Shown here one piece after another: positions 39,361 through 53,908 of a stretch of DNA of 64,000 bases. A program made the position numbers and the translations under genes. The first letter of the stretch is position 1; each line of letters starts with the position of its first letter. The stretch comes from Flaccisagitta enflata (taxonomy: Eukaryota). The notes under the pieces are model-generated. The model was not told where the DNA came from. It saw only the letters and a program-made list of their open reading frames with translations, and did no database searches. Location of the stretch: contig OZ231126.1 of the NCBI GenBank assembly GCA_965153355.1, forward strand, positions 10,230,001 to 10,294,000, given 5' to 3'.

Positions 39361-39368
39361 CCACAAAC

Positions 39369-39736
39369 CTTCTTCTCTTGGATTCCTGCGCCGATGGGGA
39401 GTGAAGATTCTGTTGTTGATTCAGATTGGATACATGATAAGGATTCACAGTCAAGCGCTGCTGTAATTGCTGCTGCTGCTGTTGAAGCTGCAGTTGCTGC
39501 TGCTGCTGTAAAATATGTTGTTGCTGTTGTTGCTGTTGTTGTTGTTGTTGCTGTGGTGCGACTTTCCGATTTTGACTTTTGCCGGTGATGTTGTTTGAGT
39601 CTCGAACTCGATGGTGATGGTGTTTGGAGTGAGAGGATTTGTGCTGTTGTTGTTGTTGTTGTTGTTGCTGAAGATGTTGCTGCAATTGGGGATGATGGGC
39701 CCACGGATTGGTGAAATTTATTTGATTTTCATCCAT
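39369..39736 (-). CDS. CD225/dispanin (PRRT-like) gene, coding exon 1 (Gln/His-rich)
   Basis: gccATGG start; MDENQINFTNPWAHHPQLQQ...ESKRR, then AG|GTTTGT. The phase-2 end matches the next exon. Confidence 0.7.
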
Positions 39737-40010
39737 GGCTGTTTCGTGTGTGTGTGTTTTTATTTTCTTTAAATTTCTTTTTATTCTCCAATTGAGTAGA
39801 TTCCTTAAACAGTCGTAAACTCTTGATGGGTTTGTGTGTTACACGAATGAGTTTTCATGATCATCATCACCATAAACCGTGCAGTTTATGGGCATTATGC
39901 CTATTCTTCGTAAATATCGTCTTCCTCATCTTCGTCATCATCATCATCATGAAGATCCTGTAGAAGCACAGTTTTTAGAAAAATCTTCGTTAAAATCGAT
40001 GGACCGTGAC

Positions 40011-40143
<133 letters not shown>

Positions 40144-40579
40144 CAGAGACACAGAAACCGAAGAAAAGACAGTAACAAAGCGCAAGAGAGACAGAGATAG
40201 ACCGATAGTTTCAAAAATCAATCAATCAAAGCTTTTCTTCCATCTTACCCAATTTTACAGATAGGTGTGTTTTTAGTGAACACTGACAGGTAGAAAAATG
40301 ATTTTAAAATTTTGGTATCCTTGTTTATGTTTTTTTTTTTTTTTTGAATTTTTGAAGATTATATTTGTAAATCATTGAGAAATTCCTGATTCTTTTATTC
40401 CTCAGGTAATGAAAAACATTCTAATAGTTTTCACTAATTTTTTTTTCTTTCCTTCTTTTTTCTTTCTTTCTTTTTCCTTCTTTTTCTCTCTTTTTCTTTT
40501 TTTCTCTGCCGCGTTTCGTAATTTCTCGTACAGTGTCTAATGCGAGAAGAAATCCAACTTAATCTCTCTTCTGCCGACG

Positions 40580-40701
<122 letters not shown>

Positions 40702-40996
40702 GAGACAGACAGACAGATAGAGAGACAGACAGAGAGACAGATAGAGAGACAGACAGAGTCAGAAAGAGATAATAGATAAAAAGCCACATAGGCTCAGACA
40801 CTATGTGAGAAAAAACGAGGATGTGAGACCAAAAGAGGGGCTGAGACAGTTTTCAGTCTGACTAGGAAGATCTGACATTTAGAAAGAGTTAGCGTTAAAG
40901 TTTAGGTTAAAAAAGAAAACTGAAAAAGGAAAGAAAAGGATTTTATCGAAAAATGAGTCTTTGTCAGTTTTAAAGCAGCAATGAATCAATTGTAAC

Positions 40997-41167
40997 AACA
41001 AGGCCGGATACACGGCCACCAGTTGCGGACGGGTGGGCAGGAGCGGAAATGCGCGTTTTCACACTTTTCGACTCGTGCTCACCAACGGACCGACGGACCG
41101 ACCGACGGACCGACAGACCGGACGGACGGACAAAGCCTCTTATAGAGTTGCGTGTCCGCAACTAAAA
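40997..41167 (-). mobile_element. HINE-type element
   Basis: Full termini ACAAGGCCGGATACACGGC and AGTTGCGTGTCCGCAACTAAAAA. Confidence 0.85.
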
Positions 41168-43175
41168 AGAAGGGGAGAGAAAAAAGTCAGTAAGGGGGAA
41201 ACTGAAGATGAACTGAAAAAGATTTTTTTTTTTGAATAAAAAAAGCAAGTGACATGGGGTCACAAAATCGTTGCGGACGGGTTGGTAGGGGCATCGAACC
41301 CCCAGTATCATCTCAAACCCAACCCCGAACCCCCTCCCGCAGTCACACAATAACCACTGCTGCATCATAAATGCGTGTTTTTCGCGTTTTCAACTCAAGC
41401 GTGACGGACCAACGGACCGACGGACCAACGGACCGACGGAGCCCCTTGTAGAGTTGCGCGTCCGCAACTAAAAACGAAACAAAAGATATAAATGCGGAGA
41501 CAAATGTGGAAATGTCGTTAATCTGTTTCGAGCTCCGCCTTCTATTCGTTTCATTGAAGGAATTCTATTTTTAGTCGCGTGAACGCGACTCTAGAAGCCG
41601 CTATGTCGGTCGGTCGGTCGGTCGGTCGGTCCGTCCGTAACAAAAACAAATAAAAGCCTTTTTATTTATCTTTATGGTCTTTTAGTCATTTCAAATGTAA
41701 AATAAATCATTTTAAAATAATTTCAGTCATTTTAAGTCACTTAAGTCACCTCTTAACTTATTTTAGTAGTTTGCATCATGTAGGTCAGAAAAGTTGTCTA
41801 GGACTATGATTGCTGTTAAATTAAGTGATCACTGCCTGTGCATAATTCCGTGGTCACTGCCTTCTAATTGAGAGCAGGCATACCTGGATTATGAAGATAT
41901 TAAAAATGAGTTCTTTGAAGATTGGTATATTTAGACAAATATAAGTTTTGTTAGGTAATCATTATTTATCATGTGATTACCTTAATTACCTTAATTACAT
42001 TGATTACCTTAATTACCACGCGACTAAGGTTTGTTGACCTTGTTTAATTTCATTCCAAAAGAAAAGGAAAATCGCACATCACCTTTTTCTTTATTTTTTT
42101 TTCATATTCGCTTTGTTTTTCTCTCTTCTGCTTTTTCTGAAAGTTTTCTACTATCTTTCAGAACAATTTATATTTTCATATTTTTTTTTCTTCTTGTTGT
42201 CCATTATCTGCTTTACCCTCTTCTTTCAAATCTTCCTGTCCCCTGTCTTTTTCTCTTTCTTTTCTTTTTCTTTTTCTTTTTTTTCTTCTTCTTTTTTTTC
42301 TTCTTCTTCTTTTTCTTCTTCGTCTTCTTTTTCTTCTATTTTCTTCCTCCTCCTATTCATCATGTTCTTCTCCATCTTCTTCTTATCCTTCTTCCCCTTT
42401 CTTTCCATCATCTTCTCTATCATCTTCTTCTCCTCCTCCACCCGATTGCGGTTCGCCCTCGAAATCTCCTTACACTCTCTCGCCAAAAAACTTTCACTGG
42501 CAAAATTAACGTCAAGATGTCAAGTGCCGATAATGACGCGAAATATCGGTCTAAAGTGCCGATAATCACGCCAAATATCGGCCTCAAGTGACGATATTAA
42601 CGCGAAATTTCGACTCGAAGTGCCGAGGGCACCGGCGTAAAATGACATGGGTTTACATGGCGTAAAATGACATGGGTTAACATGACATGGCGTAAAATGA
42701 CATGGCGTGATTGAGATGTCATGGCGTGAATGCAATCGCTGAGAGAACAACTTTTGAGGCCGATGGATAGATGGACGCACCGACCGACAGACAGGTGGAC
42801 GCACCGACCGACGGACGGACCAATCGATCATTTAATCTCGAATCCATGGTGACGACGGTAACACCGATGTAAATGGTATTGCTGACAAAATCAAAGATGA
42901 CAAAAAAGTTGATGACAATCATCACGACATTGATGACGACGACAGTTAGGACGATAATGACTATGACGATGATGATGGCGATGATGGAGACGACGATGAC
43001 GACGATGATGACGATAAGTTGATAACAGTTTCTCGATAGACGATAGGAACCTTGAACGGAAGTCGTCGCTTGGGTTTGATTGCAGCGATGAAAGAGAAGA
43101 TCATCCATGACAATCTGAAAAATCGATGATGGTGAAAATTGAAAGGATGATGATGATGAAGATAAGGATGGTACA

Positions 43176-43211
<36 letters not shown>

Positions 43212-43460
43212 AATGATGATGATTATGATGGTGATAAGTCGGAGCGGGATATGGAGGAAATGAGGATGGCCGAGGAAAACCGACCGACTGACCAACCAAC
43301 CAACCAACTTGAAGAATCATGGGGCGAAAAGCGCAGAAAAAAATCAGACCAAAGGAGGAAATCACAAAAAACTAAGGGAAGAATGAAAGAAAGCAAGATT
43401 GGAAAAAAGAGTCAGAAATCAGGAAAAAAGAAATGAAAAATAACACAATGACTCACGCGA

Positions 43461-43583
<123 letters not shown>

Positions 43584-44331
43584 TCAGTTTTTTTCCCGGG
43601 AAAGAAAAAAAAGTTTCCCTCTGCGAATGGGGCCAAGTTTGCAGTACGAGGCCAACTTTTCACCCCTCAAACTCAGAAATGGGACTTTGAAACTTCTAAG
43701 TCAGTCTCATAAGTCATACATGATACCTCAGATTCGGCCTCATGGTCCCCCCCCCCCAAAAAAAAAAAAAACAATTCTGAGTGCGATTCAAACCATAAAA
43801 TGCTCGAGTAGTCCCCTTCTAAGCGCATTGTAATTCTAAGGTTGGTTAGGCGAGTTCAGTCGAGTGGCCCCTAGCCTAGTCTTGCATTTCACATTTCACG
43901 GCTGAACGAATGGAGAACGAACGAACGAACGAACGAACGAACGAACGAACGAACGAACGAACGAACGAACAAACGAACGAACGAACGAACGAACGAACGA
44001 ACGAACGAACGATAAACCGACTCGATGAGCATGGACAGCTGGACACTAACCAAGGGGAAGAACTGTGACCGGCGTTTTTGTTCAGAATACGGGGGCCCTA
44101 CCAGATGTCTCACACACAGACACTGAGTTAGTGTCAATGCAAATGACAATGACGACGAAAATATTGACGACAACGACGACGATGATGACGATGACGACGA
44201 CGAAAAATAAACTGTCGAGTACGGCTGTGGCGCGAAGCGAGTCCCTTAACAATGAGAAATTCTACATACCTGGCGAAAAAGTGAATGGAAGTGAGAGACA
44301 GAGACAGTCACGAGGAGAATAGGGGCAATAT

Positions 44332-44465
<134 letters not shown>

Positions 44466-44660
44466 AAGAGAAAGAGAGAGAGAGAGATCCAGGAACCGAG
44501 AAGGCAGACAGACAGACAGAAAGACAGACAGACAGACACATAAAAAAAATTATGGATCGAAAACCAAGTACAGACTAGAGAGGGACGTTTGCCGAAGAAA
44601 ATTTAAGACAAAGAAGAGGAAAAACATACCATGCACATAAGCTGAAGACCAAATAAATGT

Positions 44661-44798
44661 TTTTAGGTGCGACAAAGCACCTCTATAACTGGCTGTGTCC
44701 GTTGGTTGGTTGGTCGGTTGGTTGGTCGGTTGGTCTGTCTGTAACGCATTCGTTCGACGATCCACACGTCGCACCTTATTGGCCTACTTGGCCTTGTT
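44661..44798 (+). mobile_element. HINE-type element (AGGTGCGAC subfamily)
   Basis: TTTT-AGGTGC-GACAAA-GCACCT, (GGTT)n, 3' GTCGCACCT, hairpin GGCC-TACTT-GGCC, TTGTT. Confidence 0.85.
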
Positions 44799-45089
44799 GA
44801 AATAAAATTGAGGGGAAAACGCTTTCGACGCATGCGCGTCTCTGGTGAATTCTTTGTTGAAATAGAAAAAAAAACTTTGGAAAGAAGTCCACGTGGAGTT
44901 TAATCGATTATCAAAAATATCAAAGGAAAAAAAAAAAAAAAACACGAGAGCGAAAAGAAAGTTTATTTTTGTTTCAAAGTCATCCAAATTCGGAAATCAA
45001 GGAAGTGAAAGAAAAAAAATCCACCGGATTTTCATAAGAAATCAAAATGGGAAAACGACGATTAAACGCGACTAAAAAAAGGTTTTTTT

Positions 45090-45185
<96 letters not shown>

Positions 45186-46106
45186 TGAAAAATCCGCAAG
45201 GGTGAAAACTGGCCCATTTGACCCTTTTCCTTCATCTGCGTCTTTTTTTTGTTTTTGCTTTTTGGTTTTGTTTTGTTTTACTTGCATTCCTTTGTCTTCT
45301 TTACTCCTTTCTTTGATGTGTTATGTTTAAATCCTTTTGTTAGTCTTCAAGGAACTCCTTTTAGTTGCCTTTTTTCCATTTGTTTTTGTTCTTTTTTACT
45401 TTCTTTCTTTTTTGTTTTTCTTTATTATTTCTTCTTGTTTTCTCCTTTGTTTTTTTCATTTTTTCATATTTTTTTCTTTACTTTCTTTTGCCATCTTTTT
45501 TTCTTTTTTTTGCCTTCTTTGCTTTCCTTTTCCTTTTCCTTTTATACTTTTCTTTTCATTTACTTTTTTCTTTTTTTTGTTTGCTTTTTTTTCCTTTTCT
45601 TTCTTTTCCTTTTCTTTTTTCTTTTCTTTTTTCTTTTTCTTTTTCTTTCTTGCCTTCTTTGCTTCCTTTTGCTTTCTTTTCCTGTTCGTTGCCTTTTTTT
45701 GCCTTGTCCGCCTTCTTTCCCTTCTGGGACCCAACAACCAAAGCTGGAAGAAAGAGATTCTATGATTTGTGGACGAATATGCGGAAGAGAGGAGGAAGAG
45801 AGGAAGAAAGAGAGGAGAAAGAAGAGGAAGAGGAGGAAGAAGAGGAGAAAGAGAGAAAAAAAAGAGAAACGGAACGAGAAAAAGAAGAGGAAGTGGAATA
45901 TGAGGAGGAGGAGGAGGAGGAGGAGCAGGAGTCGGAAAAGAAGTAGAAATATAAGATAAAAAAGAAAAAAGATAAAACAGATAAAGGGAGAAAAAGATGG
46001 TCAGGGAGGGGACAAAGAGAAAAAGAATGTAGGAAATTGAGAAAGGAGGAAAGAAAGTAGGAAAGAAAGAAAGGAAGAAAGAAAGAAAGAAAGAAAGAAA
46101 GAGGGA

Positions 46107-46142
<36 letters not shown>

Positions 46143-46587
46143 GGGAAAGAAGGAAGGAAGGAGGAAAGAAAGAAAGAAAGAAAGAAAAAGAAAGGTAGAA
46201 TGTTAAAAAGAAAGAAAAAATGAAAGGAAGAAAGAAAAAAAGAAGGAGGAAGGAGAAAAGAAAGCAAGAAAGACAGCAAGAAAGAAAAACAACGAATTAA
46301 AATCATATGAGAGAATGAAGAAATAGAGGAGTGAGAGAAGATAGATAAAGTTAAGGCAGCAGAAAAAAGAAGAAAAACAAGTCAATAAGGAAAGGAAAAA
46401 AAGATAAGGAAAGAATGATAAGAAAAGAAATGGAAAGATGAGGACGAAAAGAAGATGGGTAAGGAGTAGGAGGAGGAGGGGGAAAAGGAGGAGGAGAAGG
46501 AGGAGGAGCCCAAGAAATTCCAAGGGAAGAAACTAACAATGGGGAAGTAGTATCATGATGTATCGAAACGTTGTTCTGAAATTCACG

Positions 46588-46692
<105 letters not shown>

Positions 46693-47099
46693 AAACGCAG
46701 ATATTCCAGAAAAAATGAGTTACGCCAAAGGCGAAGGTTCGATAGTGCAAAAGTAGCGTAAAAAAGATGGAGGGGGGGGAGGGGGAAGGGGGGGGGGGGT
46801 AACAGCAGTCTGGGCCAGGGGGCGAGCTGTCATTAGAGGACTTGGGTTCATTGATATGACGAAACAAGATTACAAGACTGGATAATTCTGTAGGCCTATG
46901 AAGTTATGGGATGGAGGTTATTGTACGAACAAAGGGGGGTGGGGTAACATTTCAGAGAATCGTCTTGATTGATATATGGTCATTCAACAGTGAAGTGTTT
47001 AAAAAACATTGAATCGCTTCGTGAGGGAACAGCGGGAAGGTGTTTTCTAGGATCAACTGATGATAAGCCGTTTTCAAGGATCAACTGTGTTTACAAGTT

Positions 47100-47302
47100 T
47101 TTTGGTCGAATGCACGCGACTCTACAATATGCTATGTTAGTCGACCAGTCGGTCGGTTGGTCATTTGGTCACCATTAGCGTTTTTGGCGTTTTCGTGCGA
47201 CTTTTGTATTACTGCTCCTGCCCAAATATTAGAATTAGCCTTTTACATCACTGCCCCTGCCTACCCACGCGCGACTTTGGTAGCCGCGTATCCGGCCTTG
47301 TT
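47100..47302 (+). mobile_element. HINE-type element
   Basis: Degenerate 5' hairpin; 3' end CGCGACT...GCCGCGTATCCGGCCTTGTT. Confidence 0.75.
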
Positions 47303-47382
47303 TGAGAATCAACTGACCGTAAGTTTTTAGAGAACAAAATGGCAGGGAGTCTTAACTCTTAAAGGATCAAGTGGGAAATCGT

Positions 47383-47605
47383 TTTTAGTCGCGTGCAACG
47401 CGACACTACACCCCGCTTTGTCCGTCCGTCGATCGGTTGGTTGGTCGGTTGGTTGGTTGGTTGGTCGGTCGGTCGGTCCCCATTTTACTTTTTTTATGTT
47501 TTTGCAGTCTTTGGCCTCACTGCACTTGCCCAAGTGCTTTAGTAACTCAAATACTGCCCCTGCCCACCCGCACGCGACTCAGGTAGCCGTGTATCCGGCC
47601 TTGTT
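47383..47605 (+). mobile_element. DINE-1/HINE-type non-autonomous Helentron element (representative full copy)
   Basis: TTTT-AGTCGCGTGC..hairpin, (GGTC/GGTT)n microsatellite, 3' subTIR GCACGCGACT, hairpin GCCG-TGTATC-CGGC, CTTGTT end; no TSD, T-rich target. Further approximate copies not listed separately: 2831-3081, 5132-5325, 13172-13344, 13456-13672, 13766-14326, 14396-14687, 17612-17745, 19797-19921, 30330-30503, 36535-36812, 41243-41473, 41569-, 51350-51657 (nested pair), 54488-54646, 63120-63292. Confidence 0.85.
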
Positions 47606-47728
47606 GATCAAATGGTTTATATGTGCATTCTTTTAGAGGACCGAGTATCACCGATTGGTTTCACACTCAAATTAGTCAAGACGATTTCATGCCGTTGGGC
47701 AGGGGCAAACTTGGACTGAGGGCTGATT

Positions 47729-48022
<294 letters not shown>

Positions 48023-48404
48023 GAGACAGAGAGAGAGACAGAGAGGCGAGAGAGAGATTGTTGTAAAGCAGTACAATGAAGGCGAGAGCGACCGATTGAC
48101 ACTCAGATATTGCAGCCAATCAGCATTAAAGTTTGCACTCAAGACAACGACAAGTTATTATGTTAACGCATTTTAAGGCAAAGTACTTTTTGCCATAAAA
48201 TGTAAACGTCCCATCCCATCCACTTTGAATTTATACGCGCTTTTAGTGAAATATTTGCCATTAAGTGGTCCCCAACCCATTAAGTGGTGCCCAACTAAAC
48301 CCCCTTCGTTGCGTCTCTCCGCCTCACTGATCCCCCGCCCCCACCTCTGGAACAAGAAGCTGAAAAAGATAGAGAACATAATCAACGAAAAATGAACAAT
48401 CCAA

Positions 48405-48780
48405 TGAATAAACGAATGAACAAAGATATTCAGTCGGTTGCTTGACAAACCAAGGAACAAATTCGACCTGAAATGATGGCTAAAGAACTAACCAATGAAC
48501 GAATTCGACCAAAGAGGATAGCTTTAGAACAAACCAATGAAAAACGGCGACCAGAAAGGTTAGCTTAAAACCAAACCAATGAACAAATTTGACCGGAAAA
48601 GATGGCTAAAGAACAGACTGGAAAGGATGGCTAGAGGACAAATTGACGGGAAAGGATGGGTAAAGATCAAACCGATGAATAAATTTGACCAAAAAGGATG
48701 GCTGAAGAACAAATTCGACCAGAAGGGATGGCTAAAGAACAATGGATGGCTAAAGAACAAACCAATGAACAAAGGCGACC
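48405..48780. repeat. Degenerate ~40-bp minisatellite (GGATGGCTAAAGAACAAACCAATGAACAAATTCGACC)
   Basis: The motif recurs with deletions. Confidence 0.75.
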
Positions 48781-48897
48781 ATTTTTAAGAAAATCTTTAA
48801 CTAACACATCCATTGAAATTTTTTTGACGGGCCGTCAAAGTTAAAAGGAAAGGAAGGAAAGTTTTTATGTTGACGGCGTGTAATTTGTGTCAGTTCA

Positions 48898-49034
<137 letters not shown>

Positions 49035-49165
49035 AAGAGAGAGAGAAAGCGAGAGAGAGAGAAAATCAAAAGAGAGAATGAAACAAAAACAAAAACAAAA
49101 ACAAAAACAAAAACAAAAACAAAAACAAAAACAAAAACAAAAACAAAAAAACGAAAGGGACATTT

Positions 49166-49314
49166 CTAGTTGCGGACACGCGACTCTACATTTTTCCGTG
49201 TGGGTCGGTCGGTCGGTCGGTCGGTCGGTCTGTCCGACCGTCTGTAACATTTTTGAATTGCGAGCGGTCCTGCCCAACCGTCCGCGACTGGATTGCCGTG
49301 TATCCGGCCTTGTT
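49166..49314 (+). mobile_element. HINE-type element
   Basis: AGTTGCGGACACGCGACT, (GGTC)n, GTCCGCGACT...GCCGTGTATCCGGCCTTGTT. Confidence 0.82.
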
Positions 49315-49723
49315 TTTTTACTGAGAGTTAGAGGTCTGCAAGGCAGAGATTTCCACATGTGAGGCAAAACCTTGAGTCCTTGATGACCATGTTTTAAGAT
49401 ACAACTTTATTCTTCTTTCTTAATTTCCATGCATATACCACAAGGACGAAAGAAATAGGACCATTTCTGCTCAAACACAACACTGACACATGTCATTGCA
49501 ATTGACTGCAATCAGAAAAAAAGAATTTTGCTTAATGTGGATGGCGCTGAAACCACTCCAAAGTGACGAAAACTAAAAGAACAGTTTCAATGACAGCTAC
49601 GATTCGAGAATTGAAATGTCTTTTCATTAACCAGAATAACCCGACAGCAACTTTTTGAATTCCGTTGAAAAGTAGAAGGGCAGTGTGAAGAAAAGAAGGG
49701 GGAAAAAACAAGAGAGAGAGAGA

Positions 49724-49808
<85 letters not shown>

Positions 49809-49946
49809 ATTGATTGTGACAGGATCTGTCACAATCGTCAAAAAAATATTCATAACAAATTTTCATTGCTTCTTTGCCGCAATCCCAAGCCTTGAAGATT
49901 TTTGAACTTTTTTTCTTGCATTCATGCTTTTCCTTCTTTCTCTTGT

Positions 49947-49986
<40 letters not shown>

Positions 49987-50076
49987 TTTCTCTTTCTCTC
50001 TTTCTTTCTCTCTTTCTTTCTTTCTTTCTTTCTTTCTCTTTCTTTCTTTCTGTGTTTCTTTCTTTGTTTCTTTCTC

Positions 50077-50140
<64 letters not shown>

Positions 50141-50144
50141 TCAT

Positions 50145-50196
<52 letters not shown>

Positions 50197-50563
50197 TCCT
50201 TTTTTCTTTCTTTCTTTCTTTCTTTCCTTCTTTCTTTCTTTCTTTCTTTCTATCTTTCTATCTTTCTTTCTTTCTCTATCTTTTTTCTTTCTTTTTCTCT
50301 TTATTTCTTTCTTTCTTCCCCCTTTCTCTCCGTTTTTCTATCTTTCTGTCTTTCTTTCTTTCTGTCTTTCTTTCTTTCTCTCTTTCTTTCTCTCTGTCTT
50401 TCTTTCTTTCTTTCTTTCTGTCTCTCTTTCTCTCTGTCTGTCTTTCTTTCTTTCTTTCTTTCTTTAAATCTTTTTTCTCTTCCTTTCTCGGTTTCCCTTT
50501 CTTTTCCTTTCTTTTCTTTTCATTCTCTCTCTTCCTTTCCTTATGGCTAATGCCATATTTACT

Positions 50564-50613
<50 letters not shown>

Positions 50614-50698
50614 AATTTTCTTCTTTTATTGATTTTTGTAAATTGTGACTATCATTTTACCATCTCCTCCACGTGCCCCAGAGGGCCGCCAAACAAAT

Positions 50699-50792
<94 letters not shown>

Positions 50793-52233
50793 TTAGGATG
50801 CGTGCCATCTGTCGCATTGATCGTTGCACGCGCCTGTCGATTACTTTTTTCCATCGATTGCTTGTCCGTTGTATCTTGATTGGTTGTATGCTTGTTAGTT
50901 TTATCTTGATTACTTGTGTTTCCAATACTGAATGCCTGTCAGTGTTATCTTGATTGGTTATCTAAATGCTTACCAATCATTTTGAATAATTGTTAGCATT
51001 CTAAAATGCTTGGCAAATGTATTTTGATTAGTCGTCCCAATGCATGTCAATCATCTTGATCAACTGTTTGCATTCTCTAATGCATGTTAATTCTATCTTG
51101 ATTTATTGTCAACATGCTTGTCAATGATCGAAATTTCTAGCTAGTTAACCATTAGGTATTAACTAATTGATCTTAAAACTTAAACTATTGCGGGCCCTGA
51201 TTTACATTCATTACCCTGTCATCAATTACGACTGCAACAAGCAGAACCTTTATTGTGCGTCGAATATTTCATTTCAGATTTCAAGATTAGAATATTTCAT
51301 TTCAAATTTCAAGATTAGCGCTGTTTGAAAGTATGTAAAATTTCATAGCACTGGCTCCAGCAATCGCGTGTGGGTGGACAGGGGCCATATTTGAGGTTAC
51401 CAGAGCATTTGGGCAGGAGTTGTACGGTCAAAGAATAACAAGGCTGGATACACGGCAATCCAGTCACGGACGGTTGGGCAGGAGCAGTAATGCAAAAACC
51501 ACTTGGAATTCAAAAATGTGACGGATGGACTGACATACTGACCAACCTACCAACCCACATGTCCGCGACTAAAAAAAACATAAAAAAGTAAAGTGTGACC
51601 AACCAACCGACCGACGGAGGAAGCCGGGTGTAGAGTCGCTTAGCACGCAACTAAAAAACTTCTGTAACCTTGAATCAATGTCATTTCTTAACAAATCAAG
51701 CGAAAAAAGCCAGACTGGTCATGTATGAAAGAAAATGAGCCACAATTAATGCATCTTAAGAAAAAATCAATAAACTATTGACAGGTATGTGGCGATGCAG
51801 TTTTTTCCTCTGATCACAAAAGGTTGAGTAAGCATTTTGACAGATTACATTTCATTTTTGGCCAGATTTTCAAAAAAAGATATTAAGAAATCCATAATGA
51901 TACTTGAAGGGGATCAAGTTATGTTCATTTGTGACCAAATTGGTCATTTAAGCCTAACCTCAGTCAAAATTGTATGAATAGCTCTTGGAAAATACGAGTT
52001 TATCAGAATGAATACTGCACAATACAGGTTTTGCTGGTTGCAATTGTATTTGATTACAGTGTTACACAACATGTGCTCCAACTTCCGATCCCCGCCCCCC
52101 CCCCCTTAGAAGAAAAAGAAGAGAAAAATGAATCATGAATTTCATCTTTCTTTCATCCTTTACTAACAACCTTAAATTGAATATTTATTTACTCAGCCCG
52201 TCTGTCTCCAGCTATCCTTTATCCTACATTTTC

Positions 52234-52294
<61 letters not shown>

Positions 52295-52342
52295 TCTCTC
52301 TGTCTCTCTCTCTCTCTCTCTCTGTCTCTCTGTCTCTCTCTT

Positions 52343-52409
<67 letters not shown>

Positions 52410-52569
52410 CTCTGTCGACATCAGCCAGAAAAAGTTTTGACAAGCTTTCGGATCTCTGAAATGGACGAGAGAGTTATATTCTACATTTTGTCGGACAACA
52501 ACGAACAAGCGCTTCAACCGATCGCAACATCAAAGAAAAACAAAATTTTTCGCCGCCATTTTCTAAAAA

Positions 52570-52607
<38 letters not shown>

Positions 52608-52901
52608 ACCAACCATCCAACAGAAAATTCGCCTTCCTCTCTGATATATATCAAGATCAATTACCCAGCAATCACTCCAAAATCAAACTGAACATAACAA
52701 TTTTTTGACTTTGGCGTTTCCCTCTCTCTCTCTTTCCTGTCGACATCAGCCAGAAAAAGTTTTGACAAGCTTTCGGATCTCTGAAATGGACGAGAGAGTT
52801 ATATTCTACATTTTGTCGGACAACAACGAACAAGCGCTTCAACCGATCGCAACATCAAAGAAAAACAAAATTTTTCGCCGCCATTTTCTAAAAATCATTC
52901 T

Positions 52902-52957
<56 letters not shown>

Positions 52958-53239
52958 TGCAAACGTCTCCTTGTTTCCTCATTAGCCCTCGTGTTGATAT
53001 GCCTTACATAATTTCTGAGAATCTCTCAGTCATAATTACGAGATAGGTAAGAGTGGAAGTCTGAAAGAGACGGTTGTTCTCGGTGCAATTAGCCGTGACT
53101 TTCAAAGTGCACACGATGTAGAAGGTAGTATTTAGTTAGCATTTAGGATAATAAGGCTGACAACTTTAAATCAAAAGGAGCTTAAAACTTCAATGGAGTG
53201 GTGTTCCGTATAGTCGAGGTGCTGTGTCTGGGAGAATAT

Positions 53240-53582
53240 CATTCATCATTTGTCATTTGTCATTCGTTCTTTGTCATGTGCCATATGCCAATCGTTATTT
53301 GTAAATTGTCAATTGTCAATCGTCAATTATCATTCGTCATTTGTCATTTGTCATTTGTCATTTGTCATTTGTCATTTGTCATTTGTCATTCATCCTCTCT
53401 CATTTGTCATTCATCCTTTCTCATTTATCAAATGTAATTTGTCATATGCCATGTGCCAATCGTCATTTGTCATTCATCTTCTGTCATTTATCAATCATAT
53501 GCCATGTATCAATCTACATATGTCATTTGTCATTTGTCATGCGCCATGTGTCAGTCGTCATTTGTCATTTATCATTTGTCTT
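53240..53582. repeat. (TTTGTCA)n-derived heptamer repeat
   Basis: Perfect core at 53337-53390 with degenerate flanks. Confidence 0.9.
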
Positions 53583-53678
53583 TTGACAAGAGAAGAAATC
53601 TACGCAACTCTGCAATGGATTTGCGGGAGAAATTATGCCAGACCAAACTAAATTCAGGAGTTTCAACAGCTTGATAGA

Positions 53679-53908
53679 TAACAAGGCCGGATACACGGCT
53701 ACCTTAGTCACGTGCGGGTGGACAGGGGCAGTATTTGAGTTACTAAAGCACTTAGGCGAGTGCAGTGAGGCTAAAGACCGCAAAAACATAAAAAAAAAGT
53801 AAAATGGGGACCGACCGACCGACCAACCGACCAACCGACCAACCGACCGACCGACCGACCGACCTACGGACAAAGCGGAGTGTAGAGTCGCGTAGCACGC
53901 GACTAAAA
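53679..53908 (-). mobile_element. HINE-type element
   Basis: Close reverse complement of 47383-47605. Confidence 0.85.
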
